Assembly: GCA_030390025.1 (NCBI GenBank)
Contig: CM059445.1
Location: 30,008,001-30,072,000, forward strand
Direction: 5' to 3'
Length of the DNA: 64,000 nt
Origin: Squalus acanthias
Lineage: Eukaryota
Part shown: one piece after another, positions 26,301 to 38,300 of the stretch
Layout of the letters: each line of letters opens with the position of its first letter
How positions within the stretch are numbered: position 1 is the first letter of the stretch
Translations under genes and position numbers: made by a program
Notes under the pieces: generated by a model
The model's input: only the letters and a program-made list of their open reading frames with translations
The model's database searches: none
What the model was told of the DNA's origin: nothing

Positions 26301-29300
26301 TCAAGTATGGCCTCAAGCCACTCCATCCTGTAGTACCATTGCAGTTAGAACAAATTAAATCTAACAAACTGATTGGAATACTTTGAGGATGTAACCAATT
26401 TAGTGGATGAATTGCAATGCGGTTGATATTACATAGCTTGATTTTCAGACAGCATTTCACAAGGTCCCTCACAAAATACTTACAGCTATCCCCAAAGCTC
26501 ATGGGATCAAGGAGGAAGTTGTAAATTGGATGGAGAAATGATTGGATAATAGGAAACAGATGGTGATTGTTAATGGGAATAAACCTGCGAGGCAGTAATG
26601 ACCAACAGAGTCTCAGAGATCAGTCCTGGGACCGCCGCATGGCTTACTGTCTTTAGTGCTGTCAGAAAAAAATGTGAGTTTGCAGACGATGATCCAATTG
26701 CATGGGAAAGCAAGCTGAGGAGAAGGACACCTCTGAGTTAAGACAAACTGTGCACCTGGACCGGTGAACAACACTCAGTACGATTAAATGCAATGGAGAT
26801 ATCGTAGATTTGCAGATTTCAGTCGGGACACTTACAGTGGACCTCCGTTGCTACATATTACCGGGTTATCAAGGTAAACATCAGCCAAGGTCTGATGGTT
26901 ATCCAGTGACTTCCTGTCGGGAAATGCGTAAGTGCGGGTGTTCAATCAGTATCCTGTTCCCACTTCCGATGGTGAAAAGCTAAAAACACTGGAGGTCCAA
27001 AGAGACTTGAGGGTCCAGGTACACAGATCATTAAAATGTCATGAACAGGTACAGAAAATAATCAAAAAGGCTAATGGAATGCTGGCCTTTATATCTAGAG
27101 GACTAGAATACAAGGGGGTAGAAGTTATGCTGCAGCTGTACAAAACCCTGGTGAGACCACACCTGGAGTACTGTGAGCAGTTCTGGGCACCACACCTCAG
27201 GAAGGATATATTGGCCTTGGAGGGAGTGCAGCGTAGGTTTACCAGAATGATACCTGGACTCCAAGCGTTAAATTACGAGGAGAGATTACACAAATTAGGG
27301 TTGTATTCCCTGGAATTTAGAAGGTTAAGGGGTGATTATTCAAAGTTTTCAAGATATTAAAGGGAACAGATAGGGTGGATAGGGAGAAACTATTTCTGCT
27401 GGTTGGGTAGTCTAGGACCAGGGGGCATAGTCTAAAAATTAGAGCCAGACCTTTCAGGAGGGAAATTAGGAGACACTTCTACACACAAAGGGTGGTAGAA
27501 GTTTGGAACTCTCTTCCGCAAATGGCAATTGATGCTAGATCAATTGTTAATTTTAAATCAGAGATTGATAGCTTTTTGTGAACCAAAGGTACTACGTGCC
27601 AAAGGTGGGTATATGGAGTTAGGTCACAGAGCAGCCATGATTTCATTGAATGGTGGAACAGGCTCGAGCGGCTGGATGGCCTCCTCCTGTTCCTATGTTC
27701 CTTTGATGGGATAGAGAGGGCGTGAAGCAATGAGGCTGCTTTCTGAGAGGACATTCCCCCCTACTCCTCTCCCGATGATGTCACATGTGGAAGGATCAGT
27801 GCATAAGGATAAGCCAAAAGCAAAAAAGGAGCCGATTGCAGGTCCTGAGAGAAAGGCCACCTCCATCCCAAGAGGTTCATTGCAGCTTGGAGCATCCATC
27901 CAGATCTGGTCCTTAGACGAAGTATTGAAGTGTATATGGTGGTGAAATGGTTATGTAACTGGATCATCTTCTCTTCTTAGGCAGTCCCTCGGAACCAAGG
28001 ATGACGTAAATTAGTAATCCAGAGGCCTGGACGAGTAACTCCGAGAAAAGTGAGTTCAAATCCTACCATGGCAGTTAGAGAATTCGAATTCAGTTTCAAA
28101 CAAAGCTGGTATCGGAAAAAGTGATCATGAATCGAATTGTTTTAAAAACCAACTGGTTCATTAATGTCCTTTAGGAAAGAAACCCATCTGTCCTCAAGCC
28201 TATACGTGACTGCAGTCCCACACCAACCTGGCTGACTCTGCAGTGGCCACTCAGTTCTATCAAACCACAATTAAACAATCTGGATTGTTCAAGAAGAAGG
28301 CCCACCACCACCTTCTCAGGACAACGAGGAATGGGAAATAAATGCCGGCCTCGCCAGAAATGCCCACATCCCAAGAATGAATTAAAAAAATAGGCCTGAG
28401 GAAAAGTAAAACAGTTAAGCAGGTAAATATTCAGTTAGGTTTTTTGAGCAATTGCAATGGTTAATATTGTGAATTTTGATTTTCTGGAGACAGTGATAGA
28501 GGACGTCATCCTTCATAGTGACTGTAATGTGTCAGCTTGGATTTTTCCACCCCTTGTTGAGAGAGCACAACCATTAAATCGGAACTAATATGCTGTGCGA
28601 ACATGCACTATCAAACACACAATGACATATAATTCATAAAGTAATCTTACCTTTTGAATTAAAATGTTGATTCCTTTCTCTAACCTGGGCAGTTTGGCTG
28701 CCACCCACTTGATTCTGTCGACCAGGGAGCAGGGCACAGTGTTGTCCTGCTCCAAGCTATTGTGGAGATAAAGGATTGGTTCAACCCACGACTGGACCAT
28801 CACCAACACGGCATGCAGCAGCCACTGATCCTGTAAGATGAGTTATTCAATAGGTCGTCATGTTCGGTTAGCACTGAGAATGACTACAGCTTGATATTCA
28901 ACTCCCAGATTAGATAGTGAAATCAGTAGAATGCCTGGTTTAGGGAGACAGTCTCCAGAAATGGCAATGTAATGACAGTCTTACACCAGTGGTCATCGTA
29001 GGGATCTGAGGTTATTCCCCGCCCTTCCCCAGTGGCCTTCAGTGGTTTGTTGCTTCATGTGCATCTGGGCCTCCATTCTTTGCCCAAACTATGAGGTGTT
29101 GAATGATCAAGGATTTAGGTTTATACAGCACATGAAAGGGCCCTATTAAAATAGAACAATTTAATAGAACTATTGGTCCTATGGTTTATTCCATCTATCT
29201 GTTCCTAAGTGGACATGCCTATCTGACAAGTGAAACTTTGCACGAGAAATTTTGCATCGTTGGTCTACTTTATAAGGTGCTCCAGCTGGTTGAGGGCAGT

Positions 29301-32300
29301 TTGAATCACTTTTATTGATGTGTCTCTTGTGTGTATGAGACACAGCACAAAATAAGAACAGCAGAGGAAAGGGGGATGGGGTGATCCTGGACAAAACCAT
29401 AAGTAAATGGGAAGGTCTGGATGGAATATGCTGAATATAGACATGGTATATAAACAGGAGATCTTTGGTAATAGTGAGTTCTATTGCAGAGATGTTCAGT
29501 GAAGAAGGAAGAATCTAAGTTACTTTAGTATTTTCTAATCGTAGGTTCCATTTCTCTCTGAAAGATGCTGTAATATTTAAATAAGTTAGGCCTGACTCCC
29601 GCCTGAACTCGGTGTCAATGATGAAACCCTGGCGTGAGGGCGGAACGGTCTCCAGCAAAGGTAAGCCTCGAGGGGCGGTTTGCAGAGGCGATCGCAGTAG
29701 GAGGGAAGCCTGGGGCAGGGGAGGCCCTAGGTTTCTCTGTGGGACCCGGAGGAACACTCCTAGTCACACACGAGTACAAAGCACACTCAATTGTAAATCT
29801 TGTATCCAAATTTGCACCAAAATATCCCAACAGCTTACTCCTGTTTGAAATAACAACAGAAAATGCTGGAAAAACTCAGCAGGCCAGGCAGCATCCGTGG
29901 AGAGAGAAACAGAGTTAACGTTTCAGGTCGAAACCCTTCGTCAGAACTGGAAAAAAGCAGGAAATGAAATAGATTTAAAGCAAGTATAATGCTGGGAAAA
30001 GGGGGAGGGGATGAAAGAACAAAAGGGAAGGTCAGTGGTTGTATAGAAGGCTGGAGAGATTAAGAGACATTGAGAGACATTAAGAGATATTCAAGGCGAG
30101 AGTAGGTGGTAATGTGACAGGTTGAGGTTAGATGAAGTGTGAAATGCGCTGGTGGAATGAAGGACAGCTGCCAGCTTCAGGGAGGGAAGAAAAAAAGGCC
30201 AAACAAAAGGGTGGATGAAAAAATAAAATATATATATATATGTGATAGGTTTGAAAGATCATTCCACTACATGTTAAATCTGTATTGGATATGTATTTTG
30301 TAAAAGCATCTTTGCATTAACCAAAAATGTACCCGATGACGACTAACAGATTGTAAGCACTTGTTATAACCTCACACATCCTTCTTGATTCATCGTATTT
30401 TTGATATGTAAATTTTACAGTTCTTTATATGGTCACCTTTTTCATATTAATCAAACAAGTAGTCATTAAAACCTAAAATTTGTCAAGCTTTGCAAAACTG
30501 TGAGAAAAAGAAGCATGCTGCCTTCTCGCAATTAACACAGTGTGAGAATCAACTAACTGGTCTTGGGACCAGATAAGACACTGGGGGAAAAATTCATTAG
30601 AGCCCAGGAATGGGCGGTGTCATTAGAAAAGTTGGAGAATTAGCGCCAGACGCTAATGCTTTAGACTGCATGCAAAATTCGTGCTCACTGCTCAAAAAAA
30701 TGATTGGAGTCCTAAATTCAAGTCTTAAAGCCCAAGCTCATTGGCGTTACCCTCAAAGGGTGGACCAATATCAGGTGCAATTTAATCGCAAGTCATGATT
30801 GCCACGTGGTTTTTTCAGTATATAAAGGGGAGGTTCATTGATGCTGCAGAACCTCATTCTCAGCATTGTTGGCTGTGTAGCTGCTTCAGCAAGCAACAGC
30901 AGGACAAGGAGAAGGAGCCGAAGGACTGAAGCAGCTGTACTCATGGCAGATCCACGCCCCAGGGGGAGAGCCTGCAGATTCAGCGATCAAGCATTGGAGG
31001 TGTTGGTGTTCGCTGTGGAGAGACGGAGGGCGGTGCTCTACCCGGCAAGTGGCAGGAGGCCATCACCGCAAGTCTTCCGCACCATGTGGAGGGAGGTAGT
31101 GCAGCACGTCTCAGGCAGCACTGTGGTCCCCAGGACCCACACACAATGCAGGAAGAAATTTTACGACCTCACTCGGGTGGTCAGGGTGAGTCAATGCTTC
31201 TACAAATGCTACGTACCACCATCTGAACCACAGTCTTCACACACTGCCCAAAGCACCACACCCCCAGCACTCACCCACCAACAATCTCTATTTACCAACA
31301 CTCACACCCACATCTCACATCTTGCACACAATGACAGCTATTCAACTATGGCAGGCACATCACCCAAGCACATTGCTCCACACTCACTCACACACTTTCC
31401 TTTCTCTTGCAGGCCAAGGTGGCTCACAAAAGGAGGGAGCAGGAGTGCACAGGCAGGGGACAAGCCAACACCCAACCACTGTCTGAGCTGGAGAATCGAG
31501 TGCTGGAGATTATTGGGTGCCAGGTGGTGGGCGCCGTGGCCACCGGCGAGGTTGACCCCCTTGGGGACAACAACGGTATGTTCATCCCTACTCCTTCGTC
31601 TCACATCCCACTTCCCCCTCACCCCACAAGCCTTTCGCACTTTCCAGCTAATCATGCTGTATGCTTGCATTTCTCCCTTCCTGCCCCCCCTCCCCTCACC
31701 TTAACCCAACTCTTGTGCCTTTATGCTTTCTGATAATGAGCAAGCACCAGAGCAGCCTATCCGTGGGCACCGTTGAGAGCGAGGCGGGAGAAGAGGAGCA
31801 GGAAGAACACACCACGTCACTGCATGTCTCACCCGCAGGCACCAGCTCAGATACTGGCACTACGTGTTCTTTAGAGGCTAGTATAGTAGTGGGATCGGCA
31901 CAGGGTGAGGCACCGGGGACGAGTGGGCTGCAGCAAGGCCGGGGGGGAAAGGGTAGCTAGGAGGCCAGCTACCCGGAGCGCGATTTCACCCGCGAGTTCT
32001 GTTTACCAGGACTTCGATGGGGAGGCGTTTAGAAGAAGGGTGATGGCCATGCACATGGAGATGATAGGTGCAATGGCAAGGGTGCCTGTGAGCCTCTTGG
32101 CAATGGTAAGGAGCGTGGAGGAGTCCGCCTCCAACATTGCACAAGGCTCTGCGCACACCATGGAGCCCATCATTTCCAGTCTGCAAAGGATGGTAGATTC
32201 CCAGAGAGACCGTGGCAACCCAGACCTGATGCCGCGTTTGATGGGCGATCTGGCAGCTTCCATTGCAGCACAGGCGGAAGTGACACAATGGCCCAAAAAT

Positions 32301-35300
32301 TAGTGCCGCTACGCGAGAGTACGCACTGTGTACTCTCGCGTATTCTGTCTCCAATTGCCGGTTTTCTGCATGCACTGCGCATGTGCTGAAAACCGGCACT
32401 TGGTGAATGGAAAAGGGGGCGGGTCCTAGGTGAACCGCATGCGCACTACAGGCTGCGCGCATGCAGTGCACTTTGTGGTTTCAACGCGCAGGTAAGTACG
32501 GAAGATTCTACACATAAAAAAAGGAGTAAGACCCACTTTTAACAAGGTAAGTAGTGAATTAAGTATTATTTTGAATTTTTTTAAACAGGTATATCTTTTT
32601 TAGAGACTTTAAAGACAGGTAAGTTTATTTTTATAACTTTTTAAAAGATTTTAAATTTTTTCAAAAATTTAATTTTTTATTTAAAATGGTTAATTTATTT
32701 AACTATACTTATTTTATTAATGTGATGGTTTTTAAAAAAAATTTAATTGAGGTTTAGCGGTTCTTTTGGGGGGCTATAGTATTCATAGCTTTCACAGCAC
32801 TTATGTGAAAGTTATGAATGGAAGATGGTGTGCTACCATTGGCTCTAACTGAGTCACGTGATCCCACAGCTCACACGAATTAACTACGCCTGTGGGATAC
32901 GCAAGCCCATCACAGCAGCTGTCCAGAACATCAAGTTCGTGCGAGCTGGAACTGAAAAAGCCAACGCGCAGCGAGAGATCGCGGGGAGGCCTTACCCTCG
33001 CACGAAGGCTTCCTCACGAATTTTTGGGCCAATGTCTTAGTGCTGTAATGCAGTCTATGCTTGGTGGCATCCAATCTCCGACTGCTCTCAAGCAACACAA
33101 GCTCTGACTGCTGCCATCGTGGCTTGGTCCACTGCCGTCGACCGGGGCTTTCACAGTGTCGCAGCAGGCCAGCAATCCAACAGATTGCTAGGGATGCTGA
33201 GGTGCTGCCCCGGGGGAGTGGCAGTGGGTCAGTGGAGCAGGAACCTGCTGTCCTCTCTCAGGATGACAGCATTCCTGCTCCCACCACTGTCCCTCCACCA
33301 TTGCCCTTGTCGCTGCCTGTCATCCAGCCAGCCCAGACTGCTGCCGCCCGTGCTGAGGTGGTGCAGTCTACAGCCAGGTCTTCCAGGTCCAGAGCTGGTC
33401 GAGGGCATCCTGCAAGACCTTCTGAAGTCTCCCGCACGGACACTCAGCAGCCTTCCAGCAGCCCTGCTGCAGCCACTGGGCCAACACTTCGCAGGAGCAC
33501 TAGAGTAGGCAAAGGCACAGTAAAGAGAGGCACTAAGGGATTGCACAAGGGTGAATAGTTAATATTTTTGTTGTGAACGTGTTCACTGATTTTTGATAAA
33601 TTTATTAATTCAGTTTGGATTCTTTTGTGGTGTGTCTCATTTCAGCTTTGCGCTGTGATATGGCCTGCGACAGGGATGAAATGATGGGGATGTGGTGAGC
33701 AACAGGGATCTGGGGTTTAATTCATTTGAACCGCAGTCTGATGAGGCGATCATGGACCGCCCTTCCGGAAGGTCAACTGAGTGGCTGCCTCCTTCCTCGC
33801 TCCTGTTCCTCCTCCTCGTCCTCCTCTCCCTCTTCCTCCTCCTGACATGGTCCCGCAATCCCTGGTGGCAAAGGCTGGGCCCTCATGATGGCCATGTTGT
33901 GGAGCATGCAGCAGACCACCACGAAATAGGACACCCACTCGGCCGAGTACTGGAGGACTCCTCCCGAGCGGTCAAGGCAGCGGAACCGTTGCTTCAGCAG
34001 GCCGATGGTCTGCTCGATTATGTTTCTGGTGGCAGCATGGCTCTCATTATATGAGTGCTGGGCAGGAGTGTTGGGGTTGCGGAGAGGAGTCATGAGCCAG
34101 GTGGAGAGCGGATAGCCCTTGTGTCCGACCAGCCAGCCGTGAGATTGATGTGGTGGCTGGAAGAGTGCTGGAACACCAGTCTGGCGAAGGATGAAGGCAT
34201 CATGGCTGCTGCCAGGATAGCGGGCATTGACATTGAGGATTCGCTGTCTGTGGTCACACACCAACTGCACATTAAGGGAGTGGTAGCCTTTGCAGTTACG
34301 GAAGATCTCAGGATTGTTATGCGGTGCCTGCAAAGCCACGTGGGTGCAGTATATGGCGCCCTGCCCCATGGGGAAGCCCGCTATCCTGGCAAAGCCTCAT
34401 GCACGCTTGTCCTGCTTCTCTCTGGTGATGGAAAAGGAAATGTAGTCCCTTCTCCTACTGTAGAGAGCCTCTGTGACCTCCCGGATGCAGCGATGGATGG
34501 CGAACTGCGAGATATTAGCTATGTCTCTTGTTGCAGACTGGAAGGATCCATTGGTGAAGAAATTGAGGGCGACAGTGACCTTGACTGCCACTGAGAGAGC
34601 CGTGGTCGCCCTGATCTGAGGCTGGAGGTCTGGTTGCAGGCGGTGGAAGAGTTCTTTGACAACTTCCTTGCTGAAGCGGAGCCTTCTAATACACTGCTCC
34701 TCGCTTAATTGGAGGTAGGAGAAGTGTTCTTGGAATACCCTTGGAGGGTAAGGCCTCCTGTTGAGAGCCCTGCTGGCCCTCATCCTCCCTCTGGGCACAG
34801 GTTCCAGTCTTTCTCGCTGCCTCCGCTCCCTCTGTTGTAGATCCTGGAGGGCGAGGTCGACTGCCAGTACAGTCCTCATTAATGTAACCAAGTATAGCAG
34901 TTTGATTTTTTTAAGAATAAATGTAGCTACTTTTAGTTGCCACAACACTCCTGATACTAAATAACCTTTCAATTATTGAATAAAACTGTTGGACTAAGTG
35001 AAACTGACAAGAAACCACTGAAACTCTACTAACCTGACAGCTGTGACTCATTACTGATGATCCCTTTAAATAACATCCCTGGAGCCGGCTTCCTGGTGTT
35101 TCACGCCAGCTCTCCCTGTCGCTGTTTACACCAGGTGCTAAGGTAGGTGGTGACAATCAATTTTGCAGATCGGGTGGTCAGTGAGCATTGCACACTCACT
35201 GATGTCACAATCCACCTGGCGTTGAGGCTCCCGGCGATAACTGTTACTGGTGGAGCTGCGGGGGGGGGGCGGGATTTGGCGTGCGCCGTTGGATTCGCCT

Positions 35301-38300
35301 CGCCCCGGTGATACAGCTCTAGCGCCCCGCTAGTGCCATCTGCTGGCGCTAAGGTACTGAATTTTTCCCCCACTGTCTTTACAATAGGGTCTTAGAATTA
35401 CCAGGCCTGGGACCAGACAATGTCTGTAGAACAGGAGATAACAGGTCCTGAAGTTGCTGGCTAAGGCCTTGAGAAAAAGCAAGAGCCATATAAGATTGAG
35501 GAACAGCCCTCTTCCTCTGTTGTAGGCCGATGATTGGCCAGCCATGAAGATATGACATCTTGAGGACCTGCCAATCACCCCTTGTCCATCAAAGGTAGGG
35601 ATGGGGAGTGGGCTGACTCTTTTTTCCTTTGTCTGAAAGAAACTTGATGCCCTATTGGCCACCCCACCCTTTGGAAAGACCCCAATAGGGTAGATACCTG
35701 TGTCAATATCGACCCCTGTAACCGCCCTCAAAAGTGGCATAAAAGGGGGACCATTTATGAGAGTTAGGCTGTAGAACACCAGGAGCAAGGGCTGACCCTG
35801 GAGAGGAACCAGGCAGCAGTGGCCCACGAGAGGAGGATCCGAACCCAAACAGAGGTTACCCCAGGTTGGGTGTGGACAAGATAAGGGCCAATGAGCAGAG
35901 GTTACCCCAGGCAGGGTGAGGTGGAAGAGACCCCAGGCGGGGTGGGAACTTCCTTCAACATTCCTATCAAGAAGACACGAACTCTACCCAGTACAGCACA
36001 GGTGATATAATTCTCGTTCCGTACTGTAAACTACTGTTAAGACACATATAAATGCTGACCTTTGTGTAATGCCTAATAAAATACCACTGTACCATATTGG
36101 AGTCACGTCGAACAATTGGAAAAGGGTGCAAAAAACCCCGGCAAATGGGTTTCTAATTTTATGTGTACTTAGGACAATCTACAAGGAAACTGAGGGGGAA
36201 AATACAGGTAGTGAGTAACACAATTTGCACAATAACTCTCTCACTGGCTATATTTATTGAGTCCTCTCGATGAGTATGGCAGTCTGGTGGTTATGGCACT
36301 AGACTACCAACCCTTGACAAGTTGTGAGATTTAATTCAATAAATCTGGTAATTTGTGGGTTGGCACCAGGAAAAATAACCATAAAAGCTTCTGTTTTGTT
36401 GTTAAAAACTCAACTGTTTCACTAATTTCCTTTGGGGACAGGAGCCTGCTGCCCCCTACCCGGTCTGGTCTACATGTGATTCCACTCCCACCCTATGGGA
36501 TAATTAGAACCTGCCTTAAGTTATGAAGGAATGGATTAATAACCCCTTTTGGACATTGCGGGGTTATTTTGGAGAACGGGTGAAAACAGGCGCTAAATGG
36601 GTGCTGTGCTAATAAGACATGTCTGTTTGAAAGTCTGGATTCAGCATACAATTTTGGTCCAATTTGCTGAACTTGCCTGGAGGAGCTAAAATAGATACCT
36701 GCAGGTTTAGCACTCAAGCGCTGATTAGACACAATTTTCGTGGAGCAGTATATGTGGGCTTCACACACCCACTTCCACTGAAGGTGTTGAGTGCACTGAC
36801 TGACACATAGTGGCAGGTTTCAGGATGGCTCAGGGACCGCGGGGGAGGGCGCACAGGTTCTCGGACCCAGCACTGGAGGTCCTGGTGGAGGAGGTCCAGA
36901 GGAGGAGGGAGGTCCTGTACCCATAGGGGTGAAGGAGTCCAGCTCGCCCTCCTGTCCCTCTCTCCTGCAGCAGCTGGTGCTGCTCTGCCTGGCCTCATCT
37001 CCTCCTCCCATTCCTCCGGCAGACCAAGGGGGATCCCTGGCAAGATGCCCATGACCAAGCACTCCCTTTCTCCTATATGGTGTCCAATATGGTGGAGTAG
37101 CACAGCACTTACTGTTTTTAGGTGAAGTACTCATAGAATTTCTAGAATAAATGTTGATAAGAGTTTTGGTGAAGTCTTGACAAAGTGTTCCAGAAAGTCT
37201 CCCGATGTGTTTCAAAAGTCCTCTTCAAACCTCCAGCAGCAAGTGAACAGTAAAAGGTGATATGCCTTTAGTTAGCACTCGAAATCCTCTGCAAGGGCTA
37301 GTTTACTCCCAATCTGCTGGTCGCTTATAGGAGAGGGCATTTGGTCAAACGCTAGCCAACAAGATGCCGTGAAACCTCCTTAATGAGCGCTAGCAGGCAT
37401 TTTAAGTGGCAATCAGCTGGTTAACAAGCGGCCGCTCCTAACGCGCCCTTCAACTCCTTTACCAAGATGGCGTCTTGCGCTAAACGCAGACTAAAACAGC
37501 GTTTCAGCTTAAGACCCCGCCTTGGCCACCTCGGAGATGCTTTAGCGGCTAAAGTATCTGGGGAAAATTGCCCCCCTGTGAGTTTAAACTGCAAAGACAG
37601 CAATATGCAGAAATCACTGATGAGGCTCTGAGAAGCTTTGATACTAGCAGGGCTCCTGTTTGCAAAAACAACTGATAAGGAAGAAAGGAGTAAAATTCCA
37701 TAGGACCAAATGGTCAAAGATTGCTGAAACAGTTAGAAAAGGCAGGACACACAAGGCCTTGAGAGGGTCTGCACCCAGAGAAGATGGGGCCGACGCATTC
37801 CAATCATCCATAAAACCAATTGAGATAATTGCATCTGGTATTAACATTATGGAGACGCTGAATGCAAATGGCCACTGTCCCTTGTTCCTCAGCTTCTCGG
37901 CTGATAGGTGGTGGAAAGGGCTGTTCCCACATGATGGCAAGGTTGTGCAGCATGCACCATACCACCACAAATCTTGAGACCCGCTCAGACGAGTGCTGCA
38001 GGGCTCCTCCAGTGCGGTCCAGGCAGCGGAATCGTTGTTTCAGCACGCCAATGGTCTGCTCTATCACATTTCTTGTGGCAGCATGGCTCTCATTGTATGC
38101 ACGCTGCACACGTATGTGGGGGTTGTGAACTGGAGTCATGAGCCATGTCGTCAGCAGACAGCCCTTGTCGCCCAGTCGCCACCCTTTGGTTTGCCGTGGT
38201 GGCTGAAATACAGCTGGCACAGCGGACTGCCACAGAATGAAGGCAACATGACTGCTGCCAGGATACCGGGCATTGACCTGCTAGACATTAAGGGAGTGGA

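Larger units (their letters stand above)
30583..35371. mobile_element. Full-structure Harbinger/PIF DNA transposon with convergent Myb and transposase genes; inactive
   Basis: Perfect 14-bp TIR GGGGGAAAAATTCA and TGAATTTTTCCCCC. 3-bp TSD ACT at 30580-30582 and 35372-35374. Two-gene layout typical of Harbinger. Confidence 0.93.

Noticed and set aside
33773-34879. Domesticated HARBI1 gene
   Set aside because: It sits inside TIRs with a TSD, has an internal stop and has two catalytic Asp residues mutated. It is a dead transposon copy.
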